64,000 bases of DNA from contig CAWBLV010000006.1 in the NCBI GenBank assembly GCA_963789735.1, positions 810,846 through 874,845 of the forward strand, given 5' to 3'. Made by a program: the position numbers and the translations under genes. Shown one piece after another: positions 10,416 to 21,213 of the stretch. The number at the start of each line of letters is the position of its first letter. The stretch's first letter is position 1. The notes beneath the pieces were generated by a model. That model saw nothing but the letters and a program-made list of their open reading frames with translations. It did not search any database and was not told where the DNA came from. Origin of the DNA: Candidatus Dormiibacterota bacterium. Lineage in GTDB: Bacteria; Chloroflexota; Dormibacteria; Aeolococcales; Aeolococcaceae.

Positions 10416-11465
10416 TCAGCGGAAGCCGATGCCTGCGAGAGCCGCCGAACCCGGAGTGAGCTGCTCGTACGGCACCTGCGTGAGCGGTGTCGCAGTGGTG
10501 TTGCCGAGCTCGTGCAGATCGGATGACTGCTCGTCGATGTACAGGAGTCCGGTCACGATCTCTCCGCGGCCGCGCGATGCGAGGAGGTGCTCCATCACCG
10601 CGATCCTGTCTGTCGGGTCATAGCCGTCCGGCACACTGCGGAAGCGCAGCGTCGCGCCATCGTGCATCGGAATGCTGACCACGCCTTCGGCGGGGATGGT
10701 GGCGGAGATCTCCTCGGCTGGTGGCACGAAGTCGGTGACCGTCATCTGCACGTCGTGCTGACGCGTGAAGAGATAGCTCTTGGTCGAGCCCTCGTGGTCG
10801 TTGAACGTGACGCATGGCGAGATGACGTCGATGATCGCGAGACCGCGATGCGCCATTGCCGCGCGAAAAATCGGTACGAGCTGGCGCTTGTCGCCCGAGA
10901 ATCCGCGGGCGAGGAACGTCGCGCCAATCGAGAGCCCGAGCATGATCGGATCGATTGGCTGCAGATGATTGGCCTCGCCGCGCTTGGTGGTGGAACCGAT
11001 ATCCGCCGACGCGGAGAACTGGCCCTTGGTCAGCCCATACACGCCGTTGTTCTCGATGACATAAACCATGCGCACGTTGCGACGCACCAGGTGCGCGAGG
11101 TGGCCGAGGCCGATCGACAGCGAATCGCCGTCACCGGAGATGCCGATGCACAGCAGGTCGCGGTTGGCGGCGCTCGCTCCGGTGGCGATCGGTGGCATGC
11201 GGCCGTGACAGCCGTTGAACCCATGCGCGCCGCGAGCGAAGTACGCGGCGGTCTTGGCGGAGCAGCCGATGCCGCTCAACTTGGCGATCATGTGCGGTGG
11301 CGTGTCGCTCTCCCAGAGCGCGTGCGTGATTGCGGCGGTGACCGAGTCGTGGCCGCAGCCGGCGCACAACGTCGACATGCCGCCCTCGTAGTCACGAATC
11401 GTCAAGCCGAGCGCGTTGCGTTCGAGTCCGGGATGCGTCACCACGGGTTTGACGATGGATGGCAC
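10416..11465 (-). CDS. korB: 2-oxoglutarate:ferredoxin oxidoreductase beta subunit (TPP-binding)
   Basis: 349 aa; TPP-binding motif (GDGDSLSIG...ENNGVYGLTKGQ). Confidence 0.88.
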   Translation of the reverse strand: MPSIVKPVVTHPGLERNALGLTIRDYEGGMSTLCAGCGHDSVTAAITHALWESDTPPHMIAKLSGIGCSAKTAAYFARGAHGFNGCHGRMPPIATGASAANRDLLCIGISGDGDSLSIGLGHLAHLVRRNVRMVYVIENNGVYGLTKGQFSASADIGSTTKRGEANHLQPIDPIMLGLSIGATFLARGFSGDKRQLVPIFRAAMAHRGLAIIDVISPCVTFNDHEGSTKSYLFTRQHDVQMTVTDFVPPAEEISATIPAEGVVSIPMHDGATLRFRSVPDGYDPTDRIAVMEHLLASRGRGEIVTGLLYIDEQSSDLHELGNTTATPLTQVPYEQLTPGSAALAGIGFR

Positions 11466-11467
11466 GG

Positions 11468-13322
11468 TCAGGCCCCCACAATTTTGACGACGCCGTCGAC
11501 GACATCTTCTGCACTGAGCGGGTATCCCCCGTACGCCAGAACGGACCGCAGCTTCTCCTTCGGGACGGGTGTCTCGAGGGTGAGCAGGGTGCGCAACTGG
11601 GCATCGCGGTTCTGCTCGACGACAACGAGCGTCTCATGATCATCGAGGAACGCGCGCACGCCGGCTCCGAACGGAAAGCCACGGATGCGCATGTAGTCGG
11701 CGGCGATGCCCTGCTTCGCGAGAATCTCGATCGCCTCCAGGACGGCGAGCTCGCAGCTGCCCAAGGTCACGATCGCGAGTGGCGAATGCGCGCGCTGGTC
11801 CACGAGCGGCGCAGGGATGTGCTCCGCAGCTGCCGTGTGCTTGCGCGCGAGGCGATCGAGGACGGCCTGGTATTCCTCGGGATATTCGGTATACGCACCT
11901 TCGATGGTGTGGCCCGATCCGCGCGTGAAATACGCGCCGAGCTCGCTCACGCCGGGGAGGGTGCGCGCCGCGACCAACTCGGTATCGGCCGGCTCGTAGC
12001 GGTGGAAGACCTCGAGCTCTCGCAGGTCGCCTGCGTCGAGAACGCGGCCGCGATCGGGCACATACGAGTTCGTCCCATTCAAGTGCGGGGCTCACCCAGT
12101 CGTTCATACCGATGTCGAGGTCGGACAGCACGAAGATCGGTGTCTGGAATCGTTCCGCGAGGTCGAAGGCGACAGGTGCCATCTGGAAGCACTCCGCCGG
12201 GCTCGAAGGGAAGAGCAGGATGTGCTTGGTATCGCCGTGCGAGGCATAGGCGCACGCAAGAATGTCGGCCTGCTGGACGCGTGTGGGCATCCCCGTTGAC
12301 GGACCGACACGCTGCACGTCGAACACCACTGCCGGGATCTCAGCGTAGTAGCCCATGCCGAGCAGTTCCTGCATGAGCGATATGCCCGGTCCCGATGTCG
12401 ACGTGAATGCACGTGCTCCGGCCCACGATGCACCGAGCACCATGCCGATTGCGGCAAGCTCATCCTCGGCCTGCAGCACGAGGTAATTGTTCTGACCGGT
12501 CACCGGATCACGCCGGAATTTTGCGCAGTACTTGGCGAAAGCGTCCATCAGCGACGTCGACGGTGTGATCGGATACCAGGCTGCAACCGTTGCGCCCGCG
12601 TACACGCATCCGAGCGCCGCCGCGGTGTTGCCGTCGATGAGGATGGAACCGGCCGTCGCGTTCATCGGTTCGATGCGACACGGCAGCGGATAGTCGAAAT
12701 GCGACGTCGCGAAGTCGTAGCCGAGACGGAGGGCTCGCTGGTTGAACTCGCGGAGACGATCCTTGCCTGCGAACTGCTCGGTGAGGAGTTGCGCGATCAC
12801 GTCCATGTCGATGCCGAGCATCGCGACGAGCGCTCCCGCGCACGCAATGTTCTTCATGAGGATGCGCTCGCGCGGACCGCGAAACTCGTCGTTGCACATC
12901 TCGGCGAGTGGGACACCGAGATAGGTCACGTCCTCGCGGATCAGGTCGCGATCGAGCGGCCATGACAAGTCGTACATCGTGAATCCGCCGCCCGCCACCT
13001 CGGCGATGTCACGTGCATACGTCTGCCCGTTCATCGCCACCATGAGGTCGTACTCACGCGCGCGAGCGACGTGGCCATCCTTGTTCACGCGGATCTCGTA
13101 CCAGGTGGGCAGTCCCTGAATGTTCGAAGGAAAGAGGTTCTTGCCGGACACGGGCACGCCCATGCGGAAGATCGAACGCATCAGCAGGTTGTTGGCGCTC
13201 GAGGAGCCGGTGCCGTTGACGTTCGCGAGCTTCAGCGCGAAGTCGTTCACCTTGCTGCGGGTCTGCTCGAAATGCTCCGCCGCCATGTCAGGTCGCCACC
13301 GGAATCGGGGTGAGGAGCGCAA
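11468..13322 (-). CDS. korA: 2-oxoglutarate:ferredoxin oxidoreductase alpha subunit; apparent single-base frameshift near 12083-12092
   Basis: N-terminal 560-aa ORF (13322->11640) and C-terminal 204-aa ORF (12082->11468) are both KorA. Frames join at ...SPALEW|TNSYVPDRG if one C is removed from the CCC run at ~12074-12076 (plus strand). Confidence 0.8.
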
Positions 13323-15067
13323 GGGGAAGCAGGAGCTCGAATTTCTGCATGTCCCACGCGGCGGTTGGGCAACGCTCGGCGCACAGGCCGCAATGCACGC
13401 AGAGGTCCTCGTCCTTCACCATCACGCGCCCCGTCTGGGGCAGTGCTGCGGAAACATACAGCGCCTGGTCGAGGTTCTTCGCGGGAGCCGACAACCGCGT
13501 GCGCAGGTCGGCCTCTTCGCCGTTCTCGGTGATGGTCAGGCATTGCACCGGGCAGATGTCGATGCATGCATCGCACTCGATGCAGAGCGGCGCAGCGAAG
13601 ACGGTCTGAATATCGCAGTTCAGGCAGCGCTGCACCTCGCGCGCGGTCTGCTCTGCGGAAAACCCCACCTCCACCTCGGTGCCGATGCTCTTGAACCGGC
13701 GCGTCAGTTCGACGTGCTGCATCTTCTGCCGGCTCGACGGGTTGTAGTCGTTGTTGTAGCTCCACTCCGTGAGCCCCATCTTCTGGCTCACGAGGTTCAC
13801 GCCTTGCGGCGGCCTGGACGTGACCGCGATGCCTTCGCAGTGGTTGTGAATCGAGATGGCCGCCTGGTGGCCGTGCTCGACGGCCCAGATGATGTTCTTC
13901 GGACCCATCGCAGAGTCGCCGCCGAAGAAGACGCCGGGGAGCGAGGACTGGAACGTCACGGGATCCACCACGGGCATGTCCCAGTCACCGACTTCGAGGC
14001 CGAGATCGCGCTCGATCCAGGGGAAGGCGTTCTCCTGACCGATGGCGAGGATGACGTCGTCGCACGCGAATCACCACACTGTCGATGACCGTCGAGTGGC
14101 GCGCCTGCTCATCCCATTGGAGCCGCTGAAACTCCATGCCCACGAGCCTGCCGTCCTCGATGACGAAACGCGTCGGAGCGTGATTGACGAGGATCTCGAC
14201 GCCTTCCTCCTCCGCGTCTTCGAGCTCCCACGCCGAAGCCTTGAAGAAGGTGCGCGGGCGCCGCGCCATCACCTTGATGTCAGTGCCACCGAGGCGCAGC
14301 GACGAGCGGCAGCAGTCCATCGCCGTGTTGCCGACTCCGATGATCAGCACGCGCGCGCCGATCTTCTCGGTATGTCCGAAGGCGACCGATTCGAGCCAGT
14401 CGATGCCGATATGGATGCGGTCGCTGTCGTGGCGTCCGGGTATGTCGAGATCCTTGCCGCGCGGCGCGCCGGTGCCGATGAACACCGCATCGAAGTCCTG
14501 CGCGAGCAGGCTCCGAAGGCTCGAGACCGGCGTATTGAGACGGAGATCGACGCCCATGTCGACGATCGTGGCGATCTCCTCGTCGAGCACCTCGGCAGGC
14601 AGACGGAACGCCGGGATGTTGGTCCGCATGAGGCCACCGGCGGTCTCGTGCTGCTCGAGGATGACGACGTCATAGCCGAGCGGCATCAAGTCGTTGGCGA
14701 CCGTGAGTGATGCGGGTCCAGCGCCGACGCACACAACCCGACGCCCGTTCTTGCTCGTGGGAATCACCGGGAGGCGATCCTCGATATCGCCGCGCAGATC
14801 TGACGCGACGCGTTTGAGGCGGCAGATAGCGACCGGGGCACCGTCGATCCGCGTGCGCCGGCATGCGGGCTCGCACGGGCGGTCACAGGTCCGCCCGAGA
14901 ATCCCCGGGAACACGTTGGATTCGCGGTTGGACATGTACGCGTCCGTGTACCGCCCCTGAGCGATCAGACGGATGTACTCCGGGACGTTGGTGTGGGCCG
15001 GACAGGCCCACTGGCAATCGACGACCCGATGGAAGTAGTTCGGGTCCGACGTGTCGGTGGGATTCAC
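13288..15067 (-). CDS. GltD-like NAD(P)H-dependent FAD oxidoreductase with C-terminal 2x[4Fe-4S] ferredoxin domain; frameshift near 14088
   Basis: Pyridine nucleotide-disulfide oxidoreductase body (489-aa ORF) plus a 229-aa ORF encoding the domain end and two CxxCxxCxxxCP motifs. Frames join as ...STVIDSVV|(F/I)ACDDVILAIGQENAF. Probable GTG start ~15067; ORF-caller N-terminus is a spurious extension overlapping purM. Confidence 0.7.
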
Positions 15068-15190
15068 TAGTGAGGGCAGGATTCCTGGACTTGGACCGTG
15101 TTGCGTACATGGTGACACCGCCACGCCGTCCTGCGATGCCCGTCGCCATTCCGCGTCCCGTGTGAAGCCGCCGATACACTCTCTTCCCAG

Positions 15191-16213
15191 ATGGGTGATC
15201 TTCGCTACGCGGATGCCGGTGTCGACATCGATGAGGGCAACCGTGCCGTCAGCCTGATCCGGCGCACCATCGCATCCACACATACCGGCCAGGTCCTCGG
15301 CGGGATCGGCGCCTTCAGCGGGCTGTTCGCGCTGGAGCCGGGATCGCCCGACGGGCGTGTGCTCGCCTCGAGCACGGATTCCGTCGGCACCAAGGTCAAG
15401 GTGGCGATCGCGACCGGACGTCACCGCGGCATCGGCATGGACCTGGTCAACCACTGCGTCAACGACATCCTCTGCTGCGGCGCCGACCCACTCTTCTTCC
15501 TCGACTATTACGCCACCGGCAAGCTCGTTCCCGAGCAGCTCGCCGAGCTCATCGAAGGCATCGCGGAGGCGTGCCGCGCCGCCGGATGCGCGCTGATCGG
15601 CGGCGAGACAGCCGAGATGCCCGGCGTGTACGCGCTCGGTGATTACGACATCGCCGGCTTCATCGTCGGATCCGTCACGGCGTCAGCGATCATCGACGGC
15701 AGCCGGGTCAAGGCGGGCGATGTCCTGCTGGCGCTCCCGAGCAGCGGGCTCCATACCAACGGCTACTCGCTGGTGCGCCACATCGTGGCCGAGCACGAGC
15801 TGCAGTGGTCGGACGTCCTTCCCGGCACCGACCGCCCGCTCGTCGATCTCCTCCTCGAGCCGCATCGCTGCTACCTGCACGCGATTCGCGAGGTGCGCGG
15901 GCTCACCGACATCCGTGCCATGGCCCACATCACCGGCGGTGGCGTGATCGACAACGTGCCACGGGTGCTGCCCGAGGGGCTTGCCGCAACCATCGAGCGG
16001 TCCACCTGGGACGTGCCGGCGATCTTCGGCGCGATTCAGAAGGCCGGCGGCGTGCATCTCGAGGAGATGTGGCGCACCTTCAACATGGGTGTGGGCATGG
16101 TGGTGATCGTGCCGCCCGACGTTCCCGAAATCGCTTCAGCCGCCGGGATCCCGGTCTGGCGCATCGGTGAGGTGGTGCCCCAGTCGGGCACGCGGCGGGT
16201 CATCCTGAAGTGA
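15191..16213 (+). CDS. purM: Phosphoribosylformylglycinamidine cyclo-ligase (AIR synthetase) PurM
   Basis: 340 aa; PurM family (DAGVDIDEGN, GIGMDLVNHCVNDI). Confidence 0.92.
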   Translation: MGDLRYADAGVDIDEGNRAVSLIRRTIASTHTGQVLGGIGAFSGLFALEPGSPDGRVLASSTDSVGTKVKVAIATGRHRGIGMDLVNHCVNDILCCGADPLFFLDYYATGKLVPEQLAELIEGIAEACRAAGCALIGGETAEMPGVYALGDYDIAGFIVGSVTASAIIDGSRVKAGDVLLALPSSGLHTNGYSLVRHIVAEHELQWSDVLPGTDRPLVDLLLEPHRCYLHAIREVRGLTDIRAMAHITGGGVIDNVPRVLPEGLAATIERSTWDVPAIFGAIQKAGGVHLEEMWRTFNMGVGMVVIVPPDVPEIASAAGIPVWRIGEVVPQSGTRRVILK

Positions 16214-16854
16214 GCGAACGGACCCAGGTCGGCGTGCTGGTGTCCGGAGCAGGGACCAACCTCGATGCGCTCCTGCAGGCGTGCAGGGACCCGGCATTTC
16301 CCGCTCGAGTGGCGCTGGTGGTCTCGAACCGGCGCAGCGCGCACGCACTTGACGTGGCCCTCGGTTGGGGCGTGCCTGCGGTGGCGCTGCCTCAAGCGGA
16401 CTTTGGTGGTGATCCGCAAGCCCGCGACCGCGAGATCCGCGCGCGGTTCCAGGCCGTGGGCGTCCGTCTCGTCGTATGCGCCGGATACGACCGGATCCTG
16501 AGCGACGAGTTCCTCGACGCCTACCCCGACGCCATCATCAACGTGCACCCTTCGCTGCTCCCGGCCTTTGCCGGTGGCATGGACGCAATCGAGCGAGCCT
16601 TGGCGCGTGGTGTCCGGGTGACCGGGTGCACTGTGCAGTTGCTCGAGCGTGGCGAGGCGGACGGCGGGCCGATCGTGCTCCAGAAGGCTGTCCCCGTCGA
16701 GATGGACGACGATGCGGCCTCGCTTCGACAGCGCATCCATCAGGCCGAATGGGAACTGCTCCCCCAGGCCGTGGCGCTCTGGAGCACCGACCGGCTGCAG
16801 CGCGTCGGCAACCGAATCCGGGTGCTGCCGGCACCCGAGGTGGCGCCGGTATGA
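16210..16854 (+). CDS. purN: Phosphoribosylglycinamide formyltransferase PurN
   Basis: 214 aa; formyltransferase motifs (VLVSGAGTNL, NVHPSLLPAFAG); ATGA overlap with purH. Confidence 0.9.
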   Translation: MSERTQVGVLVSGAGTNLDALLQACRDPAFPARVALVVSNRRSAHALDVALGWGVPAVALPQADFGGDPQARDREIRARFQAVGVRLVVCAGYDRILSDEFLDAYPDAIINVHPSLLPAFAGGMDAIERALARGVRVTGCTVQLLERGEADGGPIVLQKAVPVEMDDDAASLRQRIHQAEWELLPQAVALWSTDRLQRVGNRIRVLPAPEVAPV

Positions 16855-18380
16855 CCACGCGTGCACTGCTCTCGGTGAGCGACAAGACCGGGCTTATCGA
16901 ATTCGCGCGGGGCTTGGTCGAGCACGGGTACGACCTCGTGGCGACGAGCAGCACCAGCCGGGCACTGATCGATGCGGGCGTCGAGGTCCAATCCGTCGCC
17001 GACATCACCGGCTTCCCGGAGATGCTCGACGGCCGGGTCCGCACGCTCCATCCCGCGATTCACGCGGGGATCCTCGCCAGGCGCGACAACCCCGAGCACA
17101 TGCGCCAGCTCGCAGAGAGCAGCTTCGAGCCGATCGACCTCGTGGTCTCATCGCTGTACCCCTTCTCCGCAACGCTGGCAAGTGGGGCGGATGAGGAAAC
17201 GATCATCGAGAACATCGACATCGGCGGCCCCACGCTGATCCGCGCCGCCGCCAAGAACCGCGATTCGGTCGCCGTCGTGGTGTCGCCATCGCAGTACGAA
17301 GCTGTGCTCGCCGAATTGCGTGAACACGGGTCCGTGTCGATTGCGACCCGCCACCGCCTCGCCACTGAGGCATTCGCCCACGTGGCCGCGTACGACACGC
17401 AGGTCGCCGCGTGGCTGCGGAGTGGCTCGGCCGACACAACCCTACCCGAGGAGTTGACCGTCGGCGGACGCCGGCTGCACGAGCTCCGTTATGGCGAGAA
17501 CCCGCACCAGCGCGGCGCGCTCTACTCGGTCCCCGGGGCACCAGGCGGCATGGCCCACGCCCGCCAGCTGCAAGGGGCGGCGCTCTCTTTCACCAACTGG
17601 CTCGACGTCGATGCCGCTCGCGCACTCGTCACCGAGTTCGAGGAGCCTGCCGCGTGCGTCATCAAGCACACCAACCCCTGCGGCTTCGCCGTCGGCGACA
17701 GCGCAGTGGACGCATACCGCCGCGCATACGAGTGCGACCCGCGCTCCGCGTACGGCGGGATCGTCGGCATCAACCGCCACATCGATCTCGCCACTGCCGA
17801 AGCGCTCACCGAGACGTTCCTCGAAGCCGTGGTTTGTCCCGGCATCGACGAAGCGGCGGCCGCGCACCTGGCCACCAAGCAGCGGATTCGCGTCCTCGTT
17901 GTCGATCGGCCGTCCCAGTCCGAGCCGCTCGACGTGCGCAGCATCGATGGCGGACTGCTCGTCCAGACCCGCGACCGCGTCCTCACCGATCCCTCCGCGA
18001 TGAATGTGGTGAGCGTTCGTCAGCCCGACGACGCGGAGTGGCGGGACCTCCTGATCGCCTGGCGGGTCGTCCGGCACGTCAAGTCCAACGCCGTGGTCAT
18101 CGTTCGCGACGGCATGGCGGTGGGAGTTGGTGCTGGTCAGATGTCGCGGGTCGAGTCCTCTGAGTTGGCCGTTGCCCGCGCGGGGGATCGCGCAAGGGGC
18201 GCCGCCTCAGCTTCGGATGCCTTCTTCCCGATGCCGGACGGCCTCGAGACCCTTGGGAACGCCGGGGTGCGATCGGTCATCCATCCCGGCGGCAGCAAGA
18301 ACGACCCGGTGGTCACTCAGGCCGCCGACGCGCTCGAGATGGCCGTGGTCCTGGCAGGAGAACGCCACTTCCGCCACTGA
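16851..18380 (+). CDS. purH: Bifunctional AICAR transformylase / IMP cyclohydrolase PurH
   Basis: ORF caller began at 16476 inside purN; true start is ATG 16851 (MTTRALLSVSDKTGL...). MGS-like plus AICARFT domains; ends ...RHFRH. Confidence 0.92.
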   Translation: MTTRALLSVSDKTGLIEFARGLVEHGYDLVATSSTSRALIDAGVEVQSVADITGFPEMLDGRVRTLHPAIHAGILARRDNPEHMRQLAESSFEPIDLVVSSLYPFSATLASGADEETIIENIDIGGPTLIRAAAKNRDSVAVVVSPSQYEAVLAELREHGSVSIATRHRLATEAFAHVAAYDTQVAAWLRSGSADTTLPEELTVGGRRLHELRYGENPHQRGALYSVPGAPGGMAHARQLQGAALSFTNWLDVDAARALVTEFEEPAACVIKHTNPCGFAVGDSAVDAYRRAYECDPRSAYGGIVGINRHIDLATAEALTETFLEAVVCPGIDEAAAAHLATKQRIRVLVVDRPSQSEPLDVRSIDGGLLVQTRDRVLTDPSAMNVVSVRQPDDAEWRDLLIAWRVVRHVKSNAVVIVRDGMAVGVGAGQMSRVESSELAVARAGDRARGAASASDAFFPMPDGLETLGNAGVRSVIHPGGSKNDPVVTQAADALEMAVVLAGERHFRH

Positions 18381-18445
18381 CCCGCCGAGCGCCCGTCAGG
18401 TCGCGTCCTGGCCGGACACGGTCCCCTTGCGTCACGGAACCGGAA

Positions 18446-18853
18446 TCAGCGCCCGTTACGCCGCCCGTTCTTGTCGTGCTTCGCCTGGTCCTCGATGCAG
18501 AACCGCGCCGTCGGGATCGCCTCCAGACGGGCCTCGCTGATCGGGTTCCCGCAGGCCTCGCACTTGCCGTATGAGCCGACGTCGACCCGAATGACCGCCG
18601 CCTCGAGCTCCTCGAGCTCGAGATCCGCGTGCTGGAGCACGCTGTGGTCGATCTCGAGGCCGATCGTCTCGCTCGCAAGCTCCGCAGGGTGCTGCTCTGC
18701 CGAGGAAAGCTCGCGTTCCGTTGCCTCCTGGGCGTCCGCAGTGAGCCGGTTCGCTGCGGTCCGGAGCTCCTCGATGCGCGCCCGCTCAGTCAGGAGCCGG
18801 GTGCGGGCCTCGTCGCTGTTCATGGTCGTGGGATACCCCTCGTGTCTGCTCAA
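18446..18853 (-). CDS. DksA/TraR-family C4-type zinc-finger protein
   Basis: 135 aa; coiled-coil N-terminus and C-terminal CxxC...CxxC (CEACGNPI...ARFCIEDQ). Confidence 0.75.
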   Translation of the reverse strand: MSRHEGYPTTMNSDEARTRLLTERARIEELRTAANRLTADAQEATERELSSAEQHPAELASETIGLEIDHSVLQHADLELEELEAAVIRVDVGSYGKCEACGNPISEARLEAIPTARFCIEDQAKHDKNGRRNGR

Positions 18854-18963
18854 GAGCGGTCTCGCCCGAGGACAACGTGCCCGCGATGGATCCCATGTGA
18901 TCTATCGCAGTTCGTCCACTCTCGGCCCGCAGGTTGTCACCCATTCTCACCAACTGGGCCAGG

Positions 18964-21213
18964 TTAAGCAATGGGTGGTACGACCGCCGGAGGGGCGAGC
19001 CAGAGCACCGCGAGCGGTGGCAGGGTCAGGCGCGCCGAATACGCGAACGCGTGCATCGGCTGGGCCTCCGCATCCACGGTGCCCATGTTGCCGATGCCGC
19101 TGCCCCCATACGGGAGTGCGTCGGTGTTGAGCACCTCGGTCCACTGGCCTGGCAGCGGCAGGCCAACGCGGAAGTCGTACCGGACCACCGGGGCGAAGTT
19201 GGCGATGCAGGCGATCCCAGGGTTGCCGTGGGCATCGCGGCGGACGAAGCTCAGCACGTTCTGATCGGCGTTGCCGGCATCGATCCACTCGAATCCACTC
19301 GGGCTTTCGTCCAGCTCCCAGAGCGCCGGTGACGCCGTGTACAGCGCACCGAGGTCGACCATCAGACGCTGCACCCCGGCGTGGGGCGGGTCGTCGAGCA
19401 GGCGCCAGTCGAGCTCGGACTCGTGCGCCCACTCGCGCTCATCGGCGAGCTCGCCGCCCATGAAGAGCAGCTTCTTCCCCGGATGCGCCCACATCCATCC
19501 GTACAGGGCGCGCAGATTCGCGAAACGTTTCCATGGGTCGCCGGACATCTTGCCGAGCAGCGATCCCTTGAGATGGACGACTTCGTCATGCGACAGCGGC
19601 AGGATGAATCGCTCCGACCATGCGTACATCAGGCCGAAGGTGAGCAGGTGGTGCGCATACCGCCGGTAGATGGGGTCCTTGTGCAGGTAGTCGAGCGTGT
19701 CGTGCATCCAGCCCATGTTCCATTTGAAGTCGAACCCGAGTCCGCCGCTCGCGGTGGAGCGGGTGACGCCAGGCCACGTCGTCAACTCCTCGGCGATGCT
19801 GAGCACGCCAGACCTGCGCGCGTGCAACGAGTCGTTCACCTCGCGGATGAGCGCAATCGCCTCGAGGTTCTCCTTCCCGCCGTACATGTTCGGCACCCAC
19901 GCGCCGGGCTGGCGCGAATAATCGAGATACAGCATCGACGCGACAGCATCGACGCGGAGCCCGTCGATGTGAAATTCCTCCGCCCAGTAGTGGGCGTTGG
20001 CGACCAGGAAGTTGCGTACCTGGTTGCGCCCGTAGTTGAAGACGTAGGTTCCCCAGTCGGGATGCTCGCCGCGGCGCGGGTCGCCGTGCTCGTAGAGCGG
20101 CGTGCCGTCGAATCTCGCGAGCGCCCAGCCATCGCGCGGAAAGTGCGCAGGCACCCAATCAAGGATCACGCCGATGCCCTTGCGATGCATGACGTCGACG
20201 AAACGCCGGAAGTCGTCGGGAGAGCCGTGGCGCGCAGTCGGAGCGTAGTAGCCGGTGACCTGGTATCCCCAGGACCCGCCGAAGGGATGTTCCATGATTG
20301 GCAGTAACTCGACGTGCGTGAACCCCATCGCCAGGCAGTGCGAGGCGAGCGGCTCGGCGATCTCGCGGTAATTGAGGACGCGGCCGTCCGCACCCCGGCG
20401 CCATGAGCCGAGGTGACACTCGTAGACGGCGAACGGCGATTGGACCGGGGTGGTCCGCGCCCGCCGGCGCATCCACGTCCCGTCACGCCAGCGGTGGGTG
20501 CTCTGCTCGACAATGCTCGCCGTTCCCGGGGGATGGTCTGCCGCGCGCGCGAGCGGATCGGCTTTGAAGATGCGCATGCCGTCGCCGCGCGTGACGAGGA
20601 ACTTATAGCGCACGCCGGCACCGACGGCGGGACAGAACAGCTCCCACACGCCCGAGCCGCCAAGCATTCGCATCGGCCACGTCCGGGCGTCCCAGAAGTT
20701 CGCATCGCTCACGACGCTGACACCGAGCGCATTCGGAGCCCACACGCTGAACGCAGTGCCAAGGACACCCTCGTGCTCGATGACGCGCGCCCCGAGCACG
20801 CGCCACAGCTGCGCGTGCGTGCCCTCGCCGATGAGATGGAGGTCGAGCTCGCCGAGCGTTGGCGAGAACCGGTACGGATCCTCCTGTTCCCAGTCGCGTT
20901 CGTCGTTATGGAAGCGGATGCGATACCCCGGTTCCCCGGCGGGCACGCTCACCTCGAAAAGCCCCGCGGCGTTGAGCCGGCGCATCGGCGTGACGCCATC
21001 CACACGCGCGACGCTCGCCGCCGTTGCCTCGGGATGAAAGGCGCGGATGCGGACCTGGTCGCCGTCAGCGCGCGGACCGAGCAGTTCGTGCGGGTCGCGC
21101 AGACGGCCGGCGAGCATCTGCTCCACCGCTGTCTCGAGGTCGGACGGGACCGGGTCGCTGACAGTCACTGATTGACGCCGCGCAGCAGGAAGCGGAGCGG
21201 GATGCTTGCCCAC
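18964..21213 (-). CDS. glgB: 1,4-alpha-glucan branching enzyme GlgB
   Basis: 749 aa; GH13 branching-enzyme catalytic region. Start may be an internal GTG (~21162-21168), which reduces the overlap with mak. Confidence 0.9.
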   Translation of the reverse strand: MGKHPAPLPAARRQSVTVSDPVPSDLETAVEQMLAGRLRDPHELLGPRADGDQVRIRAFHPEATAASVARVDGVTPMRRLNAAGLFEVSVPAGEPGYRIRFHNDERDWEQEDPYRFSPTLGELDLHLIGEGTHAQLWRVLGARVIEHEGVLGTAFSVWAPNALGVSVVSDANFWDARTWPMRMLGGSGVWELFCPAVGAGVRYKFLVTRGDGMRIFKADPLARAADHPPGTASIVEQSTHRWRDGTWMRRRARTTPVQSPFAVYECHLGSWRRGADGRVLNYREIAEPLASHCLAMGFTHVELLPIMEHPFGGSWGYQVTGYYAPTARHGSPDDFRRFVDVMHRKGIGVILDWVPAHFPRDGWALARFDGTPLYEHGDPRRGEHPDWGTYVFNYGRNQVRNFLVANAHYWAEEFHIDGLRVDAVASMLYLDYSRQPGAWVPNMYGGKENLEAIALIREVNDSLHARRSGVLSIAEELTTWPGVTRSTASGGLGFDFKWNMGWMHDTLDYLHKDPIYRRYAHHLLTFGLMYAWSERFILPLSHDEVVHLKGSLLGKMSGDPWKRFANLRALYGWMWAHPGKKLLFMGGELADEREWAHESELDWRLLDDPPHAGVQRLMVDLGALYTASPALWELDESPSGFEWIDAGNADQNVLSFVRRDAHGNPGIACIANFAPVVRYDFRVGLPLPGQWTEVLNTDALPYGGSGIGNMGTVDAEAQPMHAFAYSARLTLPPLAVLWLAPPAVVPPIA

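Noticed and set aside
9173-16851. Long N-terminal extensions in ORF-track entries for the sigma factor, purH, mak, the GltD-like gene, crp/fnr, cobB, YdeI and mocR
   Set aside because: The extensions overlap upstream genes and translate to low-complexity Arg/Pro-rich sequence. Conserved N-termini begin at internal ATG/GTG codons, which were used for the feature coordinates.
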